A model generated the notes under the pieces. The model was not told where the DNA came from. It did not search any database and saw only the letters and a program-made list of their open reading frames with translations. Of a stretch of DNA of 64,000 nt, positions 13,020 to 25,114 are shown piece after piece. This DNA comes from Octopus vulgaris (Eukaryota), in the NCBI GenBank assembly GCA_951406725.2, contig OX597822.1, forward strand, positions 45,632,001-45,696,000, in the 5' to 3' direction. Position 1 is the first letter of the stretch. The number at the start of each line of letters is the position of its first letter. The position numbers and the translations under genes were made by a program.

Positions 13020-13560
13020 CAAGTTGTCCTTCCCAACCAATTGGTTCCGAGTTCAATCCCACTGCGTGGCACCTTGGGAAAGTGTCGTCTTCTATAGCCT
13101 CGGGCCGACCAAAGCCTTGTGAGTGGATTTGGTAGGCGGAAACTGAAAGAAGCACGACGTATATATGTATATATACGTATGTGTATATGTTTGTGTGTAA
13201 GTAGCTTGCTTACCAACCACATGGCTCCGGGTTCAGTCCCACTGCGTGGCACCTTGGGCAAGTGTCTTCTACTATAGCCTCGGGCCGACCAAAGCCTTGT
13301 GAGTGGATTTGGTAGACGGAAACTGAAAGAAGCCCGTCGTATATATGTATGTGTGTGTATATGTTTGTGTGTCTGTTTGTCCTCCTACCATGGCTTGACA
13401 ACCGATGTTGGTGTGTTTACGTCCTTGTAACTTAGCGTTTTGGCAAAAGGGAACGATAGAATAAGTACCAGACTTACAAAGAATGTCCTGGGATCGATTT
13501 GTTCGACTAAAGGCGGTGCTTCAGCATGGCCGCAGCCAAAGGACTGAAACAAGTAAAAGA
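13020..13560 (+). mobile_element. tRNA-derived SINE, family A (partial copy followed by a near-complete copy)
   Basis: gggttcagtcccactgcgtggcaccttgggcaagtg...ctgaaagaagcccgtcg...(TG)n...ccagcatggccgcag...ctgaaacaagtaaaaga. Confidence 0.85.
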
Positions 13561-14313
13561 ATACTCACACAGACATTAAAGCAAGCAGCTAAGGGAGAGT
13601 GGGGTGATGATTTTTCTACAGTGCGCATGCGCACAAAATTTGCTAGCGAACTACTACAACAAAGAGTGCTTGCGTGGGAGGCAAGTGCAGTGAGGTAGAG
13701 AAGTTAATAGGGAGTTAATGAAACAGAAAGGGAAAAAATAATTATGTCATTAGCTATGGCGACGCATAAAAACAAAGGATAGGAATGTGTGTCAATATGC
13801 GCATGCGCACATTAGTTTTAACATTTGCAAATTTAAGGAGACAAAAGAGGATAGAGATCTGAAAGGGGAAAAGAATTAAGAAAAAGAAAACGTCCTTTTG
13901 TTACCATATTTCCATTGAAATAAACAGACCTTTGTTTCAAAGCATTTTGGAAATAATTTAATAAAGTCGCTATTAGATTTATGCTTGGAAGAAAATTTTA
14001 ATAGAATTTTAATGAAAGGTTTTGACTTTGCTCAATCTGAAACAAGAAGTTTATATCGTAGAATCAGAAGTGAACTCAGGCGGGATGGTTTGAAGAGTTA
14101 ACCCTTGTTGGAGAAGCCGTATTTGAACCTAGTTTGTGTCTGCTTCCTCGTTAAGCTTCCTCGGTCAAGTGAAGGCGAGCCTAGGGGTGAATGGGAGTGT
14201 GAGTTAAGACTGTTGTTTTTAACCCACTTCTTGGCAGAATATTTTACTGATATACTCCGAGTACTGATAGCTGAACGAATCCTACAAAAGTTCTCATTGA
14301 ACATAAAATAGTG

Positions 14314-14355
<42 letters not shown>

Positions 14356-15427
14356 TTGGGGGAAGCGAAGAAAGAATGTGTAAGAGGGAAAAGAAGAAGG
14401 AAGGCGAAAGAGAGAACCGAAGAAAGAAGGTGAAGGAGAGAACTGAAAGAAGTAGAATAAATGAGGAGGAAAGAAATCAATGAAAAGCAAAGGTAGGAGG
14501 AACGACAGAAAGAGTAGGAAAAAAGGAAGAAAATACTAGGAAAGATGAAAGACATTCATATAGTCAAAAACAGTACGAAAATTATATTATGAAGTAAAAC
14601 AAAAAATATATAACTCTTTATATTTTTTCATGGGGGAACATTAAATAAGATGGGAGCATTAATACTCTAAGAACAACCACTATGCTGGTGCCACAGGCAG
14701 CGGCAGTATCAGCGGCACCACCAACAACAATAACAAGAAGAGCAATGGGCCATAAAAGGAACGCTATCAACAAAACAAAACTACAAACACAACGAAAGAG
14801 AGAAGAGGCCGAGTCAAAATGGCGGCTACGTGTTGCGAGGAAGTTTATCAAAAGAACGTCGACGGAAATCATCGACAATTACCGAAGATCTAACTCGTCG
14901 TCTGCTAACAATGGAAGGAAAAAAATTTTGTCGATTTATTTTTACTTTTTCATAGAGTTGTTTTTCATTTTTCCTTTTTTACTTGCATTTGTTTAATTGA
15001 TTGATTAGTTCTATTTTTAAGGTAGGTATTGTTTGTTAAATGGTTGCATTGATTGGTTATTGTTGATAAAGTCGTTAGTGTTGTTGTTGCTATTGTTGAT
15101 GGTATTTTTATTGTTGTGAGCCGGTTATTATTTCCTCTTACACACATATACAAAAACAAACATACATGCACGTACATAAAAAGTATGTACATTAGTACAC
15201 CTACGCACAAATATACATTTACATACATATAGACATATATACAAACACGCGTAAACATATACATGTATACAGGCATACACATTCCTACATATACATATAT
15301 CTTAAACACAAAACTATCTTTCATACAATCACAAGCACATCCTCATTCCTTATATTTTCCTGAATTATACTTGTAACATTCACCCACACTATATAAATAC
15401 ATGTATACTATATAACGTAGTAAAGTG

Positions 15428-15745
15428 GAGGCACAATGGCCCAGTGGTTGGGGCAGCGAACTCGTGGTCGTAGGATCGCGGTTTCGATTCCCGGACTGGG
15501 CGTTGTGAGTGTATATTGAATGAAAACACCTAAAGCTCCACGTCGCTCCAGCAGGGTGTGGTGGCGAACCCTGCTACATTCTTCCACCACAACGTTCCCT
15601 CACTCTTTCTTTCTGTTTCTGTTCTACCTGAATCTCCCCGAGAACTACGTTAAGGGTACACGTGTCTGGAGTGCTCAGCCACTTGCACGTTAATTTCACG
15701 AGCAGGCTGGAACCTTCGTCGTCGTAACCGATGGAGTGCTTAGTA
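15428..15745 (+). mobile_element. tRNA-derived SINE, family B. Other copies: 28640-29015, 52493-52865, 54900-55203
   Basis: A box tggcccagtgg, B box ggtttcgattcc; shared body gaatctccccgagaactacgttaagggtacacgtgtctg. Confidence 0.85.
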
Positions 15746-15848
15746 AAACAAACACTAGTTATACTAGTCAACCCCATTAATAAATTTGTTCTAACATTTC
15801 AATACGAGTGAAAAATAAATTATAACTAACTCCTCTAATATACCATGC

Positions 15849-15879
<31 letters not shown>

Positions 15880-15903
15880 TGCATGGTATATTAGAGGAGT
15901 TAG

Positions 15904-15943
<40 letters not shown>

Positions 15944-16732
15944 AAACAAGTGAAAAAACAAAAAATAGAAAATGCTAAAATAATTTTATAGTGAACATTT
16001 CAGTACCGGTTTCGGTCATTTTGAGACCTTTTCAACTGTAACGATTAAATAATTAAATTTAGAAAAATTAGAAGAAAAGTTTTTTTAAAAGAATATTTCT
16101 ATAGTAGTGTTCAGATTTAAGTGGCATTCTGCCTTTCTCTGACTCCCTTGTTTGCACTTGTGTGTTCGAGGTAGTTGTGAGTTCTTGGTAGGGTAGAAGA
16201 GGGAAGGCTGGTGAGGAAAGGGGGTGGGAGAATCTGGGAGTGCCCTGATGGTCGTATTTTGAATGGTCAGTGGCGGCTGGCAGTCTGCAGTTCAATTCAG
16301 GAGAATATTTATATTGAGAGGTTTGTTTATAGAATTAGCGTAGGTGTTATACTAAAAAACATTAGTGACAAACTTAAGGGGTAGGGGGTGGAGAAGAAGA
16401 AGAAGAAGAAGAAGGAGAAGGAGAAGATGATGGTGATGGTGGTGATGATTATGACGACGATGATGATGATAACGATGATGATGAAGAAGAAGAAGAAGAA
16501 GGAGGAGGAGGAGAAGGAGAAGATGGTGGTGATGATGGTGGTGATGATGATGACGCCGATGATGATGATAACGATGATGATGAAGAAGAAGAAGAAGAAA
16601 AAAACAGAGAAGGGAGAATATGAATGGGTGTAAATATAGCTATGAAGGGGCTGATTAGTAATGGATTCTATGGAATGTAGTATTTGTGTGTGTATATATA
16701 TTTTTTCTTTTATTCTAAAGTTGAGGTATATT

Positions 16733-18850
16733 AATTGTTTGTCGTAGACCCGTTAAGAAGTGGCCTGTATTTTGTAATAAAGAGATTTTCTTTACTTATT
16801 CTTTGTCTCGAGGTTGTATCGTCCCTAAATTGGTAGAGGGGGAAAATTCTGAAGTTGGTGTTTTTTGTTGGCGCAAGTATCTATGTGTTGGCTGAAAGCT
16901 ATTTTTCTGTTTTGGGGAATTTTTATCTGGGATCTGTGCAGGGCCATTCGTTTACGCAAACCATTTTTTGTTTGGCCTATGTACTGCTCTTGACACCCGG
17001 AGCAGGTTAGTGAGTATATTAGGTTCTCCGAAGCACATGTGAAGTTGCTTTTCACTGTAAACCGTTGTCCCTGTTTGAAGGAGAACTCAGAACCCTCGAT
17101 TAGATAGTCGCATATCCCGCAATTGGGTCTTCCACATTTTTTTACTGTCGGCTTCTGTGTTGAAGAGTGAATTCGGGCTTGTGTTAGATGGAGGTGTGTT
17201 CATTCTGTGGTCTTTTTTTAGGAGGGGTATGTTGTGGAGGATGGTGTCGAAGGCTTCGTTATTGAGAGGGTTGTGTGTGGAGATGTATGGTAAGGCTTTT
17301 GGTTGTAAGTTTTTCTTTGATTTGGGATGTCTCAGTTCCTTGATGTTAAGTTGAAGGGCACGTTGAATGCACTTGTCTGTTCTGGTGATTAGGGTATCTT
17401 TTAGTTCTTGTAGTCGTGTGTCTCTGGTGTTTGCGTTAGAGACTATAGTGCATATCCTTTTTGCTAGATTGAAGGGGATATTCATCCTGGTGTGTCTGGG
17501 GTGGCATGAATTGAATGGAAGATATTGCTTAGAGTCTGTAGGCTTATAGTATATGTCTGTTTCTATTATATTATTAGCTTTCTTAATGAGGATATCGAGG
17601 AAGGGGAGTTGTTGTTGGCTATATTCCATCGTGAATTGGATGTTTACGTCCAGTCCGTTTAAAATTTTCTGTAATTCTATGAGTTTTTCTATATTTTTAT
17701 GCCAAAGGATGAAACAGTCATCTAGATATCTCTTCCAGTTGTTTTCTATGTAGATGGAGAAAGGGCTGCCATATCTTTCTAGAACCTTACGATACAGACT
17801 GATCTCTAGGTATCCTATGACTAGGTTGGCAAAGGAGGGGGCCATTCGTGTACCCATCGCAGTCCCCGATTTTTGTCGGTAGAAGTTGTCATTGAAGGCG
17901 AAGAAGTTATTTTCCAGGATGAATTTAACCCCTTCTATCACAAATTCTTTTTTGATGCGGTGTGGTAGTTCGTTGGCGTGATTCTCTAGCCAGAATTGGA
18001 TTGCCTCTAGTCCTAGGTTGTGGGGGATATTGGAGTAGAGGTTGACTACATCGAAGGATACCAGTATGGTGTTTTTGTTTATAGTATTCGGTAGGTGATT
18101 GAGCATATCTAAGTCGTCCCTTATATAGCTTTTGACATGTTTGAGGAGTGGTTTTAACAGGGTGTCTAAAAAGTTACTGAGGCGGTGGGTTTCGCATGCG
18201 GGACCTGCTATTATGGGTCTCAATTTGAGGTCATTAGGATTAGGGACTTTAATTATTTTGTCTGTAGCTATCTTGCATGCGTTGCTTATTTTTTCACTTT
18301 TGTGGATCTTAGGTATACCGTAGAATTGGCTAGTTTTACTTGTGAAATTGGTCATATAATCATATTCTTTGTCGGTGAGCCCTGCTTTGTATGGGTTTAA
18401 TATGGATTTTAGTTCCCTCATTATTTTTTGTTGACTGTAGTTTTGTGCCTTTTCATAGTATGTTGTGTCTTCCAGCATAGAAAGTACCAAAGTTATGTAA
18501 AATGTCGTATCCATTAAGACAACAGCACTCCCTTTATCGGCCTCTTTGATTGTTATTGTTTTATCTAGTTTTAATTTGTTCAACTCAGCCCATTCTTTTT
18601 TGCTGAAGTTTGGTTTGTGTTTTTGTTTGTGCATATGTTGATATGGGTAATTTGATATGTGGTCACAGAAATCATCAAGTGTTTTATTCTTACCTTTCGA
18701 GGGGGTGTAGTTACTCCTATTTCTGGCTAACGATTCGTCCTCGTTGTATTTATCGTATAGCTCCTCAAGTAAGTCTTAATTTTCTGCAGAATTCTGCGAT
18801 GTCTTCTTTCATTTCATTGTAGTTGGGGTGTTGTGGGGTGGGTGTAAACT
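16733..18850 (-). pseudogene. Penelope RT-GIY-YIG polyprotein, disrupted (main open segment 17087..18634)
   Basis: RT motifs LRPIIAG, SFDVVNLYSNIP, QKSGTAMGTRMAPSFANL, WKRYLDDCF, FLDILI; linker KKCGRPNCGICDY; endonuclease NLIYSLTCSGCQEQYIGQT; frameshifts near 17170, 16855 and 18650. Confidence 0.92.
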
Positions 18851-19678
18851 TGAGAATTTTCCCCCTCTACCAATTTAGGGACGATACAACCTCGAGACAA
18901 AGAATAAGTAAAGAAAATCTCTTTATTACAAAATACAAGCCACTTCTTAACGGGTCTACGACAAACAATTAATATACCTCAACTTTAGAATAAAAAGAAA
19001 AAATATATATATACACACACAAATACTACACTCCATAGAATCCATTACTAATCAGCCCCTTCATAGCTATATTTACACCCATTCATATTCTCCCTTCTCT
19101 GTTTTTTTCTTCTTCTTCTTCTTCATCATCATCGTTATCATCATCATCGGCGTCATCATCATCACCACCATCATCACCACCATCTTCTCCTTCTCCTCCT
19201 TCTTCTTCTTCTTCTTCTTCTTCTTCTTCTTCTTCATCATCATCGTTATCATCATCATCGTCGTCATAATCATCACCACCATCACCATCATCTTCTCCTT
19301 CTCCTTCTTCTTCTTCTTCTTCTTCTCCACCCCCTACCCCTTAAGTTTGTCACTAATGTTTTTTAGTATAACACCTACGCTAATTCTATAAACAAGCCTG
19401 TCAATATAAATATTCTCCTGAATTGAACTGAGACTGCCAGCCGCCACTGACCATTCAAAATACGACCATCAGGGCACTCCCAGATTCTCCCACCCCCTTT
19501 CCTCACCAGCCTTCCCTCTACTACCCTACCAAGAACTCACAACTACCTCGAACACACAAGTGCAAACAAGGGAGTCAGAGAAAGGCAGAATGCCACTTAA
19601 ATCTGAACACTACTATAGAAATATTCTTTTAAAAAAACTTTTCTTCTAATTTTTCTAAATTTAATTATTTAATCGTTA

Positions 19679-19716
19679 CAGTTGAAAAGGTCTCAAAATG
19701 ACCGAAACCGGTACTG
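19679..19716 (+). ncRNA. Minimal hammerhead with U3-A8 core variant in Neptune pLTR; identical copy at 16001-16038 (-), mutated copy at 19960-19997 (-)
   Basis: cag TTGAAAA ggtc tcaaaat gacc GAAA ccgg TA ctg; palindromic ACCGGT stem III; GUA site. Confidence 0.72.
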
Positions 19717-19799
19717 AAATGTTCACTATAAAATTATTTTAGCATTTTCTATTTTTTACTTGTTTTTTCATATATATCAACTCGTGTGTTCCTTTTCAC

Positions 19800-19874
<75 letters not shown>

Positions 19875-20409
19875 AGGGTGAAAAGGAACACACGAGTTGA
19901 TATATATGAAAAAACAAGTCAAAATAGAAAATGCTAAAATAATTTTATAAAGAACATTTCAGTTCCGGTTTCGGTCATTTTGAGACCTTTTCAACTGTAA
20001 CGATTAAATAATTAAATTTAGAAAAATTAGAAGAAAAGTTTTTTTAAAGGAATATTTGTGTAGTGTTCAGATATAAGTGGCATTCTGCCTTTCTCTGACT
20101 CCCTTGTTTGCACTTGTGTGTTCGAAGTCGTTGTGAATTCTTGGTAGGGTAGAAGAAGAAGAAGGCTGATGAGGAGAGGGGGTGGAAAAATTTGGGAGTG
20201 CCTTGATTGTTGTATTTTGAATGGTCAGTGACGGCTAGCAGTTGCAGTTCAATTCAGGAGAATATTTCTATTGAGAGGTTTGTTTATGGAATTTGCGTAG
20301 GTGTTTTACTAAAAAGCATTAGTGATAAAGTTAAGAGGTAGAAGGTGGAGAAGAAGAAGAAGAAGAAGAAGAAGATGACGATGTTGATGATGATGATGAT
20401 GAAGAAGGA

Positions 20410-20469
<60 letters not shown>

Positions 20470-21158
20470 GGTGGTGGTGGTGGTGGTGGTGGTGATGATG
20501 ATGACGACGATGATGATGATAATGATGATGATGAAGAAGAAGAGGGGGAAGAAGAAGAAAACAGAGAAGGGAGAATATGAATGGGTGAAAGTAGTGAGGT
20601 GTTGTATGACTTGAAGTTGGCATGTTATGGATTATAGCTGTGATTGGGGCTGATTAGTAATGGATTTTTTGGAATGTAATATTTGTGTGTGTATATTTCT
20701 TTTATTCTAAAGTTGAGGTATATTAATCGTTTGTCGTAGACCCGTTAAGAAGTGGCCTGTATTTTGTAATAAAGAGAGTTTCTTTACTTATTCGTTGTCT
20801 CGAGGTTGTATCGTCCCTAAATTGGTAGAGGGGGAAAATCCTGAAGCCTGGTGTTTTGTTGTTGGCGCAAGTATCTATGTGTTGGCTGAAAGCTATTTTT
20901 CTGTTTTGGGGAATTTTTATCTGGGATCTGTGCAGGGCCATTCGTTTACGCAAACTATTTTTTGTTTGGCCTATGTACTGCTCTTGACACCCGGAGCAGG
21001 TTAGTGAGTATATTAGGTTCTCCGAAGCACATGTGAAGTTGCTTTTCACTGTAAACCGTTGTCCCTGTTTGAAGGAGAACTCTGATCCCTCAATTAGATA
21101 GTCGCATATCCCGCAATTGGGTCTTCCACATTTTTTTACTGTCGGCTTCTGTGTCGGC
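19875..21158 (-). mobile_element. Second, diverged 5'-truncated copy of the Neptune Penelope (GIY-YIG ORF 20723..21049 plus pLTR)
   Basis: Colinear with 15938-17160; uninterrupted GIY-YIG frame; between (TA)n/(TG)n tracts. Confidence 0.9.
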
Positions 21159-21184
21159 TATATATATATATATATATATATATA

Positions 21185-21712
21185 AGAAAGTTTGTTTGGT
21201 AAAGCACGTGGGTGAATATATAAGAAAATAGTAAAGAGTGAAAAAACGACAGAAGGCTTAAATGTTAAAAAATATATATATTTGTGTCAAAATGTCTGGA
21301 GAATATTGGAAAAATTTTTTTCCTTTCCTTAAAATGACATAATTTCATAATTTTTAAAGAAATACCGGTTTCGCGTGTAGCTTTTCAAATTTCTTGTGAC
21401 GTTATGTTTATATTGCATGAAGTTATCGTTGTGTTTATTTTCAGGAGATTTCTAAATAAGGGGAGGTAGCGAGTGATTTCTTCCGGTGTAAGGGAGATAA
21501 TCGCTTAAAAATTTTTTTCCTTTCCCTTGTTAATTTCTCTGTGTCAGTATGTTCAGATGGTTGAGTCTGGGTTTGTACTTTTCAATGAAGAATGTTTCCT
21601 TGTTCAGTCTCATTTGTGTTGATGATCCGAAAGCACATTGGTAAAATGGGAAGATTAAAAATTGTGGCAGTAGTTGCTTTGCGCATTTCTCAATGTGTTC
21701 ACTAAAAGATAG
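21185..21712 (-). mobile_element. 3' fragment of a related Penelope family (GIY-YIG C-terminus plus pLTR with HHR-like motif at 21359-21393)
   Basis: FSEHIEKCAK...FPFYQ...RLNKETFFIEKYKPRLN parallels FSQHIDTCAN...FPLYQ...KETLFITKYRPLLN; TTGAAAA gc tacac gc GAAA ccgg TA. Confidence 0.75.
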
Positions 21713-21720
21713 AATGATAC

Positions 21721-22006
21721 ACACGTTCGCGCATGCGCACGCACACGTTCGCACATGCGCACGCACACGTTCGCGCAGGCGCAGTCACACTTTCGCGCAT
21801 GCGCAGTCACACTTTCACGCATGCGCAGTCACACTTTCACGCATGCGCAGTCTCAACTTCGCGCATGCGCAGTCACACATTCGCGCATGCGCAGTCACAC
21901 GTTCGCGCATGCGCAGTCGCACCTTCGCGCATGCGCAGTCACACTTTCGCGCATGCGCAATCACACGTTTGCGCATGCGCAGTCACACTTTTGCGCAGGC
22001 GCACGC
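21721..22006. repeat. 13 x 22-bp CpG-rich minisatellite, consensus acacNttcGCGCATGCGCagtc
   Basis: Units counted directly. Confidence 0.92.
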
Positions 22007-22060
22007 ACACGTTGCCGCACGCACATATATGTGCGCATATAGCATAAGACCATATATATA

Positions 22061-23476
22061 TCTATATATATAAAACTCTAGTCGTGTGAGTGTCTGTCCC
22101 CTTCGATTTAGATTCCTAACACCTCCCACATTTTGCGGTGCAGTTTAACCAAATTCGGGTATCTTATAGTCGTGATTCATATCAAGCCCGTCTGGCTATT
22201 AGCGCGCGTCAACGGTGAGTCTACGATTTTAAAAATAATTTAACATCATTTTTTATTCCATTTTAATGCATAATTTTTCGTGTGTCGATGGCGGCGGAGT
22301 TGGCGTCCACGCTCACAGCTGCACCTGTTTGCTTCTCCCCCTTCCCTCCCTCGTGAAGCTGTGGGGAAGGGAGTGTAAAGAAATCAACGTCGTAATGCGT
22401 TGTCAAGGAGACCAGCGTTCTTTTAGAACAACGACTTCATGGCTTGAAGACACCAAAACAGAAATGGCTAAGAAAGCCCGAATTGGCATCTATAAGGGAA
22501 GTAACTCTCTAAAAATGCTTATATAGTTATTTCCCTTACAAATCCGAGCAACGCCGGGCGATACTGCTAGTCTATATATAAAAGTAAAGTTGTGTGAGTG
22601 TCTGTCTCCTACGATTTAGATTCCTAACTACTCCCACATTTTGCGGTGCAGTTTAACCAAATTCGGATCTCTTATAGTCGTGATTCATATCGAGCCCGTC
22701 TGGGTATTAGCGCGCGTCTACGATGAGTCTACGATTTTAAAAATAATTTACCATAATTTTTTTCCATTTTAACGCATATTTTTTCGTGTGCCGATGGCGG
22801 CGGAGTTGGCGTCCATGCTCACACCTGCACCTGTGTTGCTTCTCCCCTTCTTCCCTCCCTCGTGAAGCTGTGGGGAAGGGAGTGTAAGGAAATCAACGTC
22901 GTAAAGCGTTGTCAAGGAGACCAGCGTTCTTTTAGAACAACGACTTCATGGCTTGAAGTCGCCAAAACAGAAATCGCTAAAAAAGCTGAAACAGATCCAC
23001 AAAAACGGCAAAAATGCCACACAGGGCAGGTTTCCTGTGCAAACAATTTGCATAACCGAATGTTTTAGTTGTTGCACAAATCTTTATATATAAAAGTGAA
23101 GTTGTGTGTCTGTCTCCTACGATTTAGATTCCTAACTACTCCCACATTTTGCGGTGCAGTTTAACCAAAACCGGGTATCTTATAGTCGTGATTCATATCG
23201 AGCCCTTCTGGGTATTAGCGCGCGTCTACGATGAGTCTACGATTTTAAAAATAATTTACCATCATTTTTTTCCATTTTAATGCATTTTTTTTGCTATTAT
23301 ATAAGGGAAGTAACTCTCTAAAAATGTCTACGATGAGTCAACGATTTAAAAAATATTTACTATAATTTTTTTTCCATTTTTAATGCATTTTTTTGCTATT
23401 TTTTGGCTATAACTCTCTAAAAATGCTTTATAGTTATTTCCCTTACAAACCCGAGCAACGCCGGGCGATACTGCTA

Positions 23477-23477
<1 letters not shown>
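22061..23477 (+). mobile_element. Head-to-tail array of non-autonomous Helitrons (22061-22570; 22571-23080 lacking its own 3' end; 23081-23477)
   Basis: 5' TC after A; 3' hairpin ccgagcaacgccggg followed by CTAG|T; no TSD; inserted in AT/TA context. Confidence 0.85.
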
Positions 23478-23520
<43 letters not shown>

Positions 23521-23523
<3 letters not shown>

Positions 23524-24070
23524 TGGCGACTCCGACACGCGGGTTGTTCGGGCTTAGCCCGAGTATAATTTTAATAAAGTGAACGTGTATTTGCAAGTTG
23601 ATTTAATTTCTGTTAACACTAACTTCAAGTATGTAATTGCAGCCAATAACTCGATCTCCTTTTATCGAGCCTGCTCGCAGTTCATTTATTTTTGTTCAGC
23701 GTCTGGCAATCGTCTTAGGGGTGCCCTGTGTCAGAAAATATCATTTGTAGCTGACGTTCTCTCGACATCGTTCACACGCGCCTGACTCGGGCTCAGAAGT
23801 TACAGCCCGAGTTGTTATCTATAATCGTAAAAATCAAAAGTAATTCAAATTCAATGTTTTCTTGAAACAATAAATGTCTATAGAGATTAGGATTTAAATT
23901 CCAATCTATGAAAAGCTTCCACTCTACAATATTTTTAAAGAAACGAAAACTTATCCAGCAACTCGGGCTAATACGAATGACTAACTTGCATCTCTTGTCA
24001 AGAGTACAGGTGACCGTCAGATTGCTTATGTTTGTTGCGCACTCCGTTGTCATTATTTGATTGCTGTTAT
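23521..24070. mobile_element. Probable hAT-like element left end
   Basis: Starts cagtggcg after (TA)n; repeated subterminal cccga/tcggg motifs; matching right TIR not located. Confidence 0.35.
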
Positions 24071-24439
24071 TCTGTTACCGATAGAATACGTACTAGGCTT
24101 ACAAAGAATAAATCCTGAGGTTGATTTGTTCGACTAGAGGCGGTGCTCCAGCATGGCCGCAGTCAAATGACTGAAACAAATAAAAGAATAAAAAATATAT
24201 ATAACTGCCTTAGGGCCGAATTAAGACCCCCTAAAGACTCTAAGCACTTAAAATAATTTCGTGCCCCTATATATATGTACTTCTAAAACAAACAATAATA
24301 AACCACAAAATAAACTTTTATTTTTCAAAATGAAAGAGAACCAACCAACAGTGAGAGGGAGAATTCTCTACTGTTTGTTTTTCTGTATTTCTACTTTATC
24401 TCTATTTGAAAATTTTTCTCCTACTTTTTTTTTAATTAC

Positions 24440-24832
24440 TCCTTTACTTGTTTCAGTCATGTGACTGTGACCATGCTGGAGCACCGCCTTTAGTCGAGCA
24501 AATCGACCCCACGACTTATTCTTTGTAAGCCAAGAACTTATTATATCGGTCTCTTTTGCCGAACCGCTAAGTTATGGGAACGTAAACACACCAGCATCGG
24601 TTGTCAAGCGATGTTGGGGGGGGGGGCGACAAACACAGACACACAAACATATACACATACATTTATATACATATATACGTCGTGCTTCTTTCAGTTTCCG
24701 TCTACCAAATCCACTCACAAGGCTTTGGTCGGCCCGAGGCTATAGTATAAGACACTTGCCCAAGGTGCCACGCAGCGGGACTGAACCTGGAACCATGTAG
24801 TTCATAAGCAAGCTACTTACCACACAGCCACT
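24440..24832 (-). mobile_element. SINE family A, near full length
   Basis: Reverse complement of the 34172-34612 copy. Confidence 0.88.
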
Positions 24833-25114
24833 ATAGAGATTAGGATTTAAATTCCAATCTATGAAAAGTCTTTGATCAGATCTTCACTTCAAACACTTCA
24901 AAGTTATATTTCCTATCATATAAAACATTTCGAATATTATTTTAACAAGTTTAAAGTGATTTTTCTTTTGTGCCGTAAACTATTTACCATTTCTGTGGTT
25001 CCCCCATTCCTTTGATGCTCTGAGTACGTTCTTATTTTGCTTAATGGTTAATCCAGCGCTGAACTGCCTCGGCATAAATCTTGAGAAGCTTGGCTTCATA
25101 AAACCAAAGGTAAA

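Larger units (their letters stand above)
15938..19801 (-). mobile_element. Neptune-type Penelope-like retroelement, 5'-truncated, with about 910-bp near-identical inverted terminal arms (15938-16850 / 18853-19770)
   Basis: RT, Cys linker and GIY-YIG on the minus strand; the inverted copy of the 3' end joins the 5' truncation point; flanked by (TA)n. Confidence 0.93.

Noticed and set aside
16388-16633. Recurrent MEKKKK...MMM ORF (also 19073..19330 and 20345..20614) as a gene family
   Set aside because: Antisense reading of trinucleotide tracts inside the Penelope pLTR copies
21693-22073. Repetitive ORFs and a CRISPR-like look of the 22-bp array
   Set aside because: Contiguous tandem units with no unique spacers and no cas genes, in a eukaryotic context; the ORFs simply reflect a stop-free repeat
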